Assembly (NCBI GenBank): GCA_010093995.1
Contig: ML992518.1
Span: 126,093-187,173 of the forward strand
Origin: Elsinoe ampelina
Taxonomy: Eukaryota
Length of the DNA stretch: 61,081 bases
Reading direction: 5' to 3'
This document shows positions 12,151 to 27,626 of the stretch, one piece after another (position 1 is the first letter of the stretch; each line of letters starts with the position of its first letter). The notes under the pieces were generated by a model, which saw only the letters and a program-made list of their open reading frames with translations, searched no databases and was not told the DNA's origin. A program made the translations under genes and the position numbers.

Positions 12151-12342
12151 GTTTCACTCCACAGGAGCACTAACGTTCTCCACGGGGAAACGAGCACTCC
12201 CCTAGAAACGAGCATACCTGTGCACTTGCCCAATTAGATCGAGAAGATCCTAGGGTATAGCCCTACACTCTGTGAGGGTGCTCGTTTCTTAGGGGTTGCT
12301 CGTTTCTCCATGGAGAACGTTAGTGCTCCTGTGGAGTGAAAC
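12151..12342. mobile_element. MITE-like element with ~65 bp terminal inverted repeats
   Basis: The left arm GTTTCACTCCACAGGAGCACTAACGTTCTCCA... matches the reverse complement of the right arm (first 32 bp perfect); GAAACGAGCA sub-repeats; flanks TTA and TTG. Confidence 0.8.
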
Positions 12343-12664
12343 TTGACGAGAGTGGGCAGTCCAGGTTGAACGATGACTACCTCTTCCGTGCAAACCATGC
12401 CAGCTCCCCCGTGAGCTGCCGGCGTGTGAGATCGCTCCGACATCCATGCCCCCTGACAATGCCAACAAGGACGGATTGACGGAAACTCCCTCAATAGGAA
12501 GGTTTCCGCACGTGGGCGCCGTCGGAACTTTCTCGACATGATCCGTATCATGGTACTCAGGGACCTATAGGTAGGGCTGTAGCACCAGCGAGAAAGGTGG
12601 CAGTTCTGCCCGACCGTATTCAGAGAGAACGGGCTAGCACCAGAACGTCTACACTACTGCCACA

Positions 12665-14473
12665 ATGGTCGCCAATTCAACGGGGAATGAGCCCATGGGA
12701 CCTGATCACAGGCCCCTGATCGCTAATGCCAGCGGCATTGGTATCTCCACAGCCAGTCTCACCTCCAGCCCGTTCAACAGCGGCATGACCACGGATGCCG
12801 ACGGGAAGACCCATGATCTGTTCCAGCCCTACAAGGTGGAGCAATGTGATGAGGGTCTGAGGTACGATACACTTCAGGTTCACGCCGGACACAGACCGGA
12901 CAAAGAGACCCACGCAAAAGCAGTCCCAATCTATAGTAGTGTCGTAAGTTTCATACGAGCCCGCCTTCGTTTGATGACGAACTGAACCATGACGAGTTCT
13001 TTATCTTTACCGACAGCGAGCATGCTAAGCGAGTATGCGCCGCGCAATAAGCCGGCTACTTCTATACAAGAATCTCGAATGTTTATCGGCTCCCAAGGCC
13101 CCTTTGATCACTGATCACTGACTCTTCATCAGCCAACAGTTGGAGTCCTGGAGAAGCGAGCTGCCATTCTGGAGGGCGGTACCGCCACTGTAGCAGTTGC
13201 GTCCGGTCAAGCATCCATATTCAACATAATCATCTGCCTTGCCTCAGCTGGGGACAATGTCGTTGCATACATTAACTTGTATGAAGGCACATACAGCCTT
13301 TTAAGGACTCTGCTACCTCGTCTGGGCATCTCTGTGAAGTCGGCCAAGCGTGAGACACGAGAAAAGTATGAGGAGCTCATCGACGAGAACACGAAACTCC
13401 TCTTTGTCGAGACTATCGGCAATCCAAGATGCAGTGTACCAGATATGCAAGATCTGGCGGATGTAGCTCACGAGAATCTGCTGCCGTTCGTGGTAAGTTG
13501 GGGTACTCGCTAGTCGCGTAGTAGCATATGCTGATCTGTGTACAAGGTGGACAACACATTTGGTGCGTGTGGCACGTGGCGCCGACCCAGAGATTTTGGT
13601 GCCGATATCATCCTTCACTCTGCCACGAAATGGATGGGCGGACACGGAACGACGATGGGCGGCGTCATCATTGACTGCGGAACATTCGATTGGGAAAAAG
13701 CGGGAGTCAAGCTCCCACGATTGATGAACAAAGACGGTCCAATGAGCTTCTCATATCAGAAAACGTTCGGAAATGTCGTATTCGCCATGGCCGTGCGGTT
13801 GGATATCCTGATGGAAGTCGGCTCCATACTCTCCCCTACAGCGACTCAGCAATTGCTCATTGGCATGAAAACGCTGAGCCTCCGCTCCGAGCGACATGTA
13901 ACTAACACATTGGCAGTAGCTCGCTTCCCGGAATCCCATCCCAGGGTTGCATGGGTGCAGTATCCTGGTCCCGAAAGCAATGAGTACCACGCGAATGCAG
14001 TCAAGTACCTTAAGGACGGCTTTGGAGGAGTACTCGCATTTGGTCCCAAAGGCGGAGACGTGGCAAGCAAGACACTCCTCAATCATGTCAGGGTCTTCTC
14101 ACGTCAAACCAACGTCGGCGACCAAAAGACTCTGGCCACGCATCCTTGGAACTCGACCCACGTCGTCGTGTCGGAGAAAGACCGTCGCGAAGCCGGTATC
14201 ACTCCTGCTTTCATCCGCATATCCATAGGTACAGAAGATGTTCGGGACATCATTGAAGACCTCGATCAAGCGCTTGGTAAATTGCCAGAGGAGCTTGTCA
14301 ATTCGTACGACGATAGAAGAGAGTTGAAGGAGGTTCTGGCAGCCAAGGGTGCCGTTGTTACGGGCACGAAGGGCAATGATGGAGTCGGTAAGGTTGATTA
14401 CATTAAGGATGATGTGCTTTTGCAAAGATCAAGCATTCCGGCAGGAAGACAGGACATCACCGGTAATTGGTGA
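12665..14473 (+). pseudogene. PLP-dependent O-acetylhomoserine (thiol)-lyase-like enzyme (Met17/Fub7/LolC family) with a premature stop
   Basis: DTLQVHAG, AVPIYSS, YTRISN|PT, LEGG, ASGQA, ETIGNP, VDNTFG, HSATKW (PLP lysine), NVGD.KTL..HP. In-frame TAA at 13048-13050 in exon 2; three introns. Confidence 0.85.
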
Positions 14474-14831
14474 AATCCGAATGAGCATGTGCTAGTGGGG
14501 TTTCTGACGGCGTAAATTGGCATTGCGGAGGATCTACGATGGCGCTGGATCTCTTGCGGTAGTTTTCGATACTAAAGGGAAGACCCTGCTTATCACTCCA
14601 CTTGACCTTGTGTCCAACTTGACTGGTGGCTTGGCCTCAAGATGCAGGGCCCACCGTCAGCGGGATCAGCGTCGAAGCAGAGTTCTGCTCAAGTTCCTGT
14701 CCCGTTGCGCGTGTGGATAGGGTTTGGATCGGGTGTGGTGAGTGTTGTATTGCCCGAAATTAGACAAGTTGCCGCGATGAGCACTTGAAGAACGGCAGTA
14801 CAGTCTGATACTAGATTTGGTGATGAATGCG

Positions 14832-16171
14832 CTAAGCATTGGGTGGTTGTAGATCAATAGAGCCAGAGAGGGTCTCTCGCAAGTCTCGAATCCTCAGCAG
14901 CAGAGCTTGTAGAGCGTCTTGATGGGACCTCCAATGCTCTTGATCTGCTCGCAGGATGAGTGATTCGCACAAAGCAAAGATACGTCTTGCTTGAGAAAAA
15001 ATCAGAAAGCCGAACAGGTCGGATCGTTCTTGGTGAGTATCAACAGTATACTCTCCAACCAGAACAGGCGCTCCGTCCGATTCCTCAAGATCCGCCAAGT
15101 CGGTCCAGCAGGGAGTTATGTGTGATTGCGCACCTTCCTCCCATGCAGAGGCGACATGCTCGAGCATGCCCGTCATCTTTTCCAACAGCAGGATCAGAAA
15201 TGTCATCAGGCGATGTGAGGATGCGCATGTCTGGCACTGTGAGAGCGTAAGATGTTGTGAGATGAGTTGCTTGAGAAGATACAGGGTCCTGTTGGCTATC
15301 CTGATGTTGGAGACCTTGTCATGGTTTGCCAAAACCTCAAGCAGCCCAAGGGTTTGTGAGAAACATCGGCACGGAGGCTCGCGGCTGTTACCGGAGAAGT
15401 TGTGGATGTAAGAATCGGATATGAAGGCTGCGCTACTACCCGTTTCAGTATTGGAGAAAGGCGGGATGATCTCCTTGTTCGTGGGATGTACTGCGAGTGT
15501 TTGATCCGGTTCTGAGGGCGTCATGCTATATCGTTGAAGCATATCTTTCGTATGGTGTGATTCAAGGTCGACTAGAAAGGAATCGTTGTCCTCAGTATCA
15601 ATGAAAATGAACCCAGGCTCGTCCAGTGAAGGAAGGGGAAATTCGCTGTTGGGAAGGGCCGACCAGGGCGATTGTGCTGCAGGTAGCGCCTCGTGCACCC
15701 CAATCGAGGCAGATGCCGGTGAATTGATCGAAAGTGGCCAGGATCTGGTAGACAATTCATGTTCAGTCGAGATTGCCGAGCCTCTTGATATGCTGTGTAG
15801 CTTATGAACGGTGCGGGAGGTATCCGAAAGGATGACTGAGGATGGTGGGCTCGGCAGAGGTCTGGATGCCAAAGGCCTGGCGGACAATTTTTTTGATCGA
15901 GGACGCTTTGCATACGCAGTATTCGAATAGATGCATGTCAGGTTACGGCTTCGGCAGCGTTGGCAGCCGAACTTCTGACCACTGCATTTCAGCTGTTTAC
16001 GCGTCAGCATCCGACATTGCAACAGATGGAACCTCGTGAGCTTGCCTTTTTCGACCGACAGGCATCGCAAGCAAAATGAACCACACTTTGGCCCGATTGA
16101 GGCGGGAGCGCAGATGAGGAGATGCAAACAACTTCTCCCATATCATCCTGGGTCCGCAAAGTTGTAAACAT
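14832..16171 (-). CDS. Zn(II)2Cys6 transcription factor (AflR-like cluster regulator), apparently intact
   Basis: ACDACRSKK|LKCSGQKFGCQRCRSRNLTCIY joined across a 53-nt GC-AG intron (15993-16045, branch GCTGAC); C-terminal CxC/CxxC helical domain; no internal stops. Alternative ATG at 16141. Confidence 0.85.
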
Positions 16172-17598
16172 TGTGAGAGGTCGTTTGCCTTGTTTAACGA
16201 GCACGGAATTGCCTCTGGGGATGTCCAGGGCATAATAAGTTCTCAGAAAAGAGAGTTCATGTCTCGTACAAAAGGGCTGTAGACGATGCAGCTCTAGAGC
16301 ATTTCTGCGGGGCGGGACCTGTCAGCGACCCGTGGCCAGCGAATTGGTATCTTCCATCTGTGCGGACATGAATCAAGCTTGACTTCCAGGTTGGTGGGGA
16401 TCCAAAAAGCTATTGCAGGGCACTGCGTGCAGTAATCAACGGGACCCTCCATTGTAGCGCTGATGGGACAAAAGATGCAGCTTGGCAAGGGCCCTAGTAC
16501 CTTTATAGTTGGCGAAATGCCCATCGTGTCCCCAGAGTAACTTAGATCCTCGCGGCTAAAAGGTAATCGGCTTCTCGAGCCGAGCACGGAAGGTGTGCAA
16601 CACGGGTGGGCCAGGGGATAAAGCCCTCATGAGGGTAAGCTGTATTGGGAGATAGCACCATGTTTGATTACAACACAGGCGAGCGATTGGCAGATGCGGG
16701 ACCACGATCCAGGTTTCATGTAGAATCTACGAGGGTATCGTTCAATAATCAGAGGTGCTTTCCCCCTGAATTGCGAGCGAGAACATGTTTGTGGAGTCGG
16801 AGTTGGAGTCGAGCAGATTTGGAATGAAGCAGGATGAAGTCAGTTGGCTCCGGCCGCGGTTGATCTGGGAGGCAATGGTGATCGCCGGCAGATAATGATA
16901 AGCCATCTCCCAGGCGTCAGTCAGGTGACATACGAGCGATCCCGGACAGTGTGCGAGGATGAAGACCAGGGGCAATGGATGCGAGGCCATGTTGACTCGG
17001 GAGTCGGGAGAGGACAAGGTGGGAGGACGATTGGAGGTGGCGTCGGAAATCGGACCGATGAAGTGCCGGAAGCTTGAGCTGGTCACATGACCTGGACCCG
17101 CTTTTATCGAGAAAACATCTACCAGAGATCCTCGTCGTTGCACGGCCACACTTTCTCACGAGCCACTCTCGTCTTCAACTTGTTTAGCTCGTGGCTGAGC
17201 AGACACTGACACACTGAACACGCCTCCAGCTTCCTCTGCCTCTGCCTGGACCTCTTCCCGCACAGAGACACTGACATCACCCGCAGTCTGCAGCACAAAG
17301 CCGGTCGAACGCAACTGGACCCGGTCGCGCCTGTATCACGGGCTACATAGCGCCCTCTTCGCGTTTCTCCTCCCTCACATTCACTCGTCGAATACGAAGC
17401 GGCCCCAGCTATCTCGCGTGAAGGTCGGCTTGACTTTTCCCGGCATCAACGGCCCACCAAGCCGAAGACAAGGCACCTCACCTCAACGCGCCCCTCACTC
17501 TCTCGCCCGCTCGAAAGCCCATCGCCTTCACGTGGCATGCGGTCGCACTCTCTCTCGCCATAATTTGCACCATCCCGAACCCTCGAGACACGGCAATC

Positions 17599-21366
<3,768 letters not shown>

Positions 21367-21936
21367 ACAAGGACGACGAAATGACGCACAATGGAGAGAC
21401 GACCACCCACGTTTTGAGGAGAAGATGAAGTAGAAGTAATGATTATGGTTTGGATGATACCTTCTTTCCGTTTCGAGGACATAACACGAACGTCCGTGGA
21501 TATGGCCGGCAGAGGGTGGCTGGCATGATACAGAGCATGTAGAAGAGCAAATGGACATGATGTGTCTCAGGTGGTGCCTTTCGGAATACGAGCTTGTCAA
21601 GATGCTGGGCGCTTGTCGTCGAGAGTCCACGCAGAGGCCCTCTACACGTCTCTACCTTGTGGTCTCTCAAGACGCACGAGAGACCTCGGTCGTTCTCACA
21701 ATACTTGCGCCATTGCTACCTGACCTACATTTCCGCACACACTGGCTTTTTACACAGCCGTCGCACGGAGCATCGTCAATCGGTCTTTGCAGTTGAGAGG
21801 TAAGTGATGTATTACTATTACTATTATTACTATGTACTCATGTTTTTACGTTATCGTTCCTCTCGCTGTTCGAGTCCAAGACCAACTCCATGCACGCAAT
21901 GATTCCTCTACCCTCTATTCCAAACATCACCCTCGC

Positions 21937-23291
21937 TTACAAACCACCAATACCAATACCAAGCCCCTGGGTAACCTGAGCAGCACCACCGGCATCCAAA
22001 GTGATGGTGGGAAGCGCAGTCGCAACTCCACCAACAATCTCATCCACAAGCCCGCCAACAACAGAAGTGACCTCGGCCTCGACCTCGCTGGTGATGGACG
22101 GGACAATCTCACCAGTGACAGACGGGACGATCTCACCGGTGATCTCGGGAAGGATGGAGCCAGTCACGGTCGCGACAATGGAAGAGACGGCGTCCGCACC
22201 GTCCTCGAGGTCGAGACCGCTTCCCTCGTTATCGTTGTCATCATCGGAAGCATCGCTCGACCCAGCGCCAGAGTCGGTGTCGCCGGACGACCCAGATCCC
22301 GAGGCAGAGCCGCCGGCGCCGGTCTGTCCTGATCCTGAGCCACTGCCGCTCGCGACACCGGATACGGATGCTGCGGCAGAAGCGGAAGCAGAGGCGTGGA
22401 CAGAGGCGGTCACGCTTGCGGAGACGGAGATGACGTTGGTGTTGGTGTTTGACCCCGTGGCGCCGGGCAGGAGGGAGAGGATGGAGGAGACGACGTTGCC
22501 GTTTGCCTTGGCTGTGGTGGCTGCTTGGGTGGCCGCGGCGGAAAAGACGGATGTAGTGGCGGCGGCGGCGGTGGTGGTGATGATCTGGCCGTCGGAAGTG
22601 AAAGTGATTGTGCCGATGGAAACAGCTGCTGAAGCCGAGGCCGAGATGGCGGCTGAGATGGCGGCAGAAGCGCTGGGTCCGGCAATGGTGCGGATGGTGA
22701 CGCTGGCCTTGTTCTGCCTGTTGCTGGCTGTGGAGAGGGGCTTGTTGTTGCCCTTCTTCTTGGTGGCTGTCTTCTTGGGCTTGCCTGTGGTCTTGGTCTT
22801 GGTCTTCTTTGGCTTGCCGACGACGGGCTTCTTGGTCTTCTTTCCAGCGGATTTCTTAGTGGTCTTCTTTGCCTTTTTGGCGACCTTCTTGAAGGTCGTC
22901 TTCAAAGGCTTCTTTGCCTTCTTGCTCTTCTTTCCCTTCTTCTTGCTGGCAGCTGCCTTCTTTGCAGCGAGGATGCGGACGTCCTCCGGCGAGGCGGAGT
23001 CATCAAAGGTAGACTCCGAGTCAGGGACGTAGACGGACTCTGGGAGTGCCTCAGGCAGGCTGCTCAATGTCAGTATGAAGAAAGAATATGAGTGGGCGTA
23101 TGTGAAGTGGGTCAATGTTAGGCAACTTACGCTTCCCTGGCGTGGAGCTTGATGTTGTCGGCGAATTCGACAGCGACGGCACCCTCCACAGCTTCCCGGA
23201 CCTGAAGACCATTGGGGACGGTAGCAGCCTGGGCGTTGGGGCCTATAGCGGCGAGGAAGCTGACAAGAGCAGCAGAGTGTGTGAGGAAAGG
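21937..23291 (-). CDS. Putative secreted low-complexity protein (signal peptide, Lys-rich H1-like block, Ala/Ser/Thr-rich, acidic C-terminus); no in-frame AUG
   Basis: Exon 1 reads PFLTHSAALVSFLAAIGPNAQAATVP...HAREA; canonical intron 23060-23130 joins in frame to LPEALPE... and ~370 open codons. TATAAA near 23403-23408. Confidence 0.65.
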
Positions 23292-24433
23292 GGTGTGGAG
23301 GAATAAGTGGTATCAAAGGGTAGTAGTGATGAAGGATTGCCTGTTGAGAATGTTTGATCTGATGATGAGAAGAGCACAGATATAGTAAGAAGGGACAAGA
23401 TCTTTATACATCACGTCCAGCACTCGTTTGGCCACTTCGATCTGTCCCTCGGACACTCCATACCACCAGTATGGCCAGAGTCACTGGATCGTTGTCCGGA
23501 CACTGACTACCTGCCACCTACTGCCTAGCTATGGACTCAGCATCCACGGCATGCCAACTGGGTGCCGTGTCCGTTTGACGGATGCCCAGATAATCCCAGC
23601 CTTATGTGGCTTAAAGTGGTGGCCAAAGTCGAGCAGATCTTGCTCCGTGGACGCGGCTGATCGAATAGTCGCGCGGTGGAGGCGACGGAAGACGTTGGAC
23701 ATGCGAAGGCATGTCTGTCGATCACCGCAAAGGCATGTCTGTCGTTGAGACAGTGACCTTCCGCACTATGCGTTTGCAGACCACACGGCAGTCGTCCATT
23801 GAGATGACGATGTGCCAACACGATCTAGATCTGAGTTTCGAGGGCGATCAAGGTTCGCCGTTGCAACGTTTGATGAGGTTGAATTGATCAAGCATGGAGT
23901 TGCAGGCAGTAGATAAAACGGTCTGATTTGCACGACCCGGCAGAAAGTCCGAGGACATTTGTGTGAGAAAAAAGTTCATTCGAGTATAGATCTGCTGGCT
24001 GAGACACAGCAGATGTTGTACTTCGAACCGATCGTTTCTGTCAGAACAAGGATCGCCACTTCCAGATCGCATGGCAGCTGTCAAAGGCTCAGTCATGGCG
24101 TGCCTTCTCAAGGAGCTGTCATTCACCATGTCGTCGTGGTCGACCTCAACCGTTGCTGTGCCATACGGTTCGTGAAGACGGTCCAGGCCTTGATCTCGCA
24201 CGGCACAGCCGCATCGATGTCCAGAGCTATTTGTGTGCCAGACTGTCCTCTGCCGTCCAACGCTGCCCGCGGACAGCGCGACTACGGCGAGGAAGACCAC
24301 CCTGCCATCCACACAGCCGCGCCACCTCTCTATCGCCCGGTGAGATTCCCGTCCAAGCAGACCATAGTCGTTCTTGGGATTAGTGTCTGAACCCCAATAC
24401 TCTGCCGTGCCTTATCGTCCTAGACTAGCAAAT

Positions 24434-26792
24434 TCATCCGCCTAGTGACTCCAGCTCTGCTCGACGCTCTCTGTACGTCTCTTGTGCTTCTCGTTCCAGT
24501 CTATTGACCAGTGTAACTTCCTCTCGGAGTCTTTCGAGTCGGTCTCGAACTGCGGCATCTTCGCTGACCTGAGCCGCGCGAGCCGTCTCAATATCGATCT
24601 TGGTTCTGGACAAGTATTCGGCGGCCTCGATGATCTTGTTGCGCAAGGTCTTTGCTCGAGCGATGTAACCACCGTGGATCTTGGTAAGCTTCTTCTCAAG
24701 CTCGTTGTTTTTCTGTGCTGTAGCGACGAGTGAGTCTTGAACATTCTATCAGCACGTCAGTGTTTTATCCTAGGGGGCCAACAGCATAGCAACTCACGTC
24801 GAGTGCCTCGCTCATTAGTTGCCTCTCGTCGATCTCGTCCTCGCCGTACTGCGCCAGCCCAGGCAGCATCCGATGGGCATGCAACTCGTCCCACTTGTCA
24901 CCAAAATCTTCGACTAACTTCTCCCTCGTGGCTTCGTCGTTCCTGCCCAGCTCAAATGTTACTTCCATCCTGGCCGTCAATATCTCCTCTTCGGTCAAAT
25001 CGGACATGCGGCCTGCTTGCCCTGTGACCTTCTGCTTCCTCGCGCCAAACTTTTGTGCGTCATTCGCCATCAGAGCTACCACACCTTCAGCAATTTCCCT
25101 CTTGACGGGGTCCTCTTCGCTTCTGGCAACTTTCAACAGAGCCGCGGCGTCAACGACGCTTGGTCTTGGTAGACCTTTCTGCACTACCCGGCTTTGTCTC
25201 CGGAGATCTGCTTGTGCCTCAGCCTCCCTCCTTTGTCGCTCCCGCTCATCCCTGATCGCCGCATCCTCCTTCGATGACTCCGTTGTGACCGCCGTTTCAT
25301 CCCTCTCCTCCGGCAATTCGAGTTCCCAGTCCGTCTCTTTGGGTTTTGGTAGAGATGCCAGCTTGCTTCGTAGATCGTTCCTGATGGCCTGTTCTCGCAT
25401 TCGAATGTCCTTGGGTGTCTGCGCGATAAGCGCCGTGTCGTCTCCCTGGTTGAGGCGAAATGTGTCTCGTGGGGTTCGCATTGGAGTTGCGCCAGTGGCT
25501 GCGATTCCATTGACTTGTTTGTACGGGTTTGGCGTCGCCAGTGTCTGCTTCGACGGTGCAGCTCCTTGATACCCAGTCGTTCCCTCATCCTGGATGTCGG
25601 CACTGTCGTCACCGAGAAGAGCAGATTGGGTCGCTGTTCGAAGACGAGCATTGCGAATCTCGTTGGCAATCCGGTCTTCTTCTTGGGGTGCCCTTGGTGT
25701 CCTCATTGGTGTTGCGCCGACGCGATTCGAGTAGTCGCCAAAAAGTCCACGCGTGCTGTCGTTTTCTCCCGAAGTCATGGTGGCTCGCTCGCCTTGCAGA
25801 CCCATCTTCACAATGTCCTCCATCTCGGCGTCGCTAACTTGCGGTGCAGGTAGGACAAGACCTCGTCGTTTGCTGCTCGCTTCTTGCTCTCTGAGCTTGG
25901 CAAGTTGACCCGCCTTCGCCGCAGCCGCAGAGGCAACAGAGCCACTATCCTTGTCTTTCTTCTGTCTCTTACCCTCGCCCTGTTCTCCTTCACCATCGCC
26001 CTTGCGCTTGTTCTGGAGTTGCTTCTTCCTCGGATCGAAAGCTTCTCGCTCCCGCTCGTTGTCGTCCTCTTCCTCACGTGTGTCGTAGAAGCCAGAAGCC
26101 GCTTGCTTTTCGAAGGGTATGTCAGCATTGTAATCCATCTGGCCCTTCTTCTTGTTCGTGACTTTGATGTTGATCCCGCTAGCCTTGAGCTCTCGCCTCT
26201 TCTGTAAGAGCGCCAACCTCCTACTCTCCTCAAGTTGTCTCTCCCGAGCCTTTCGCTTGGCCTTCTTGCCCTGTGTGTTTGCCAGTCTCGCACGCGCTTC
26301 GCTCAACATCTCCTTCTCGTCTTCGTCCATGTCGATGGTGTCGGGTCGTGCAGGCTTCGATTCCGGATCCGGGTCTGTCTCGCCAGGGCGCAGTCTGCGT
26401 ACATCGTCGGCGCTAGGTGCGGCTCCTTCACCACCAGCCGGACCACCCAGACCAAACTCATCATTCTCCCTCTGTTCCGCCTCGTCAAGTAGCTTCTGGT
26501 ATCGCTCAAGACACTGAGTCGCTGTCCTTCCAACGATGGGCGCTATCGTTCTCCATTGTGTCGGCATCAACTTGGACAGATGTAAAAGCTTCTCATCCTC
26601 CTCTTTGGTCCACTCCACCTTACGAATCGCCGGGTCGAGCCACTCGGTCCATCGTGCTTTGCACTGCTTTGGCGTCTTTCTGGCAAGCAGCGAGGACACC
26701 CGAGCCCATTGGTGTAAGCCATATTTGCTGACAGAAGCTTTGAGGATCTCGTCTTCGATATTCGTCCAGACTCCACCCTTGACGACTGGCAT
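24434..26792 (-). CDS. CEF1: Pre-mRNA splicing factor Cef1/Cdc5
   Basis: [19 protein letters not shown]yb repeats, [20 protein letters not shown]; intron 24746-24797. Confidence 0.97.
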
Positions 26793-27281
26793 CTTGGTGA
26801 TGAAGGCCGGCGCTAGGCCTCAGGTCGAATATGCAGTCGTCCGCCCAAATGACCATTCATTCAAGCAGATGGAGAAAATCGAGATCGGCCGTATCTGAGC
26901 GCTCCAGTGGTATCAGAGTTGGCAAAAAGAGCTTGAAGGGAAAATCTTTGGGCACGCGAAACTGAAAGGATGTGACGGGTTCTCCCGCATCCCCGCCGCG
27001 GAATGAAGCTTGGCACTGGAATCAATGGGCGAAACGGTGATTTCTCTGCTCATGTATTCTGATAGTGCACTATTGCACGCTCCGATCAATTATCACTTGC
27101 ATTCAGTCGTGTCGAGATCTGCAGAATAATATTTCACGTGATTCCTGGCATGCTGCGAATTAAAATGCTTCTGATAGGTCATGATGACTTCAGATGAGCA
27201 TCATTCTCATCTGCCAGTCAATGGAATAGCCTTCGCAGCGAACTCGTCAGTTAATGTTTGACTCATCCATACCCAAACGCC

Positions 27282-27626
27282 ATGCTATTTGCCGGGCGAT
27301 TATGCAAATCACGCGGACTCACGTCACAAATCTTGAAGGGCGGGACACGAGCCATTGCGGCCTCTGTCATGAAAGCTTCAGCTTCGCCACCTCGTGACCA
27401 GGATCAAATAATCGACGCGCAGACAAGTCAGAAAGATGCATCCCAGACCGAACTTCCGCCCACGAAACGGAAGACTCAGGCGGAGTTGGACGCAGAGATG
27501 ATCGCAAAAATCAAAGGCGCCTATGGAGATCGAGACGAAGGCGGTGCAGCAGGTGTCGAGTACGAGGACGGCAAACCGGTGGCGATGAAGCGAGGGGTGA
27601 AGGCGAATATGTTCCGATACATTTGA
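27282..27626 (+). CDS. Small conserved fungal hypothetical protein
   Basis: ORF with C-terminal GVEYEDGKPVAMKRGVKANMFRYI; basic N-terminus resembling a mitochondrial presequence. Confidence 0.65.
   Translation: MLFAGRLCKSRGLTSQILKGGTRAIAASVMKASASPPRDQDQIIDAQTSQKDASQTELPPTKRKTQAELDAEMIAKIKGAYGDRDEGGAAGVEYEDGKPVAMKRGVKANMFRYI

Noticed and set aside
22001..23032. 343 aa plus-strand ORF
   Set aside because: Antisense shadow of the codon-biased low-complexity gene.
23706..23745. Direct repeat AAGGCATGTCTGTCG x2
   Set aside because: Only two copies; a simple local duplication, not an array or CRISPR.
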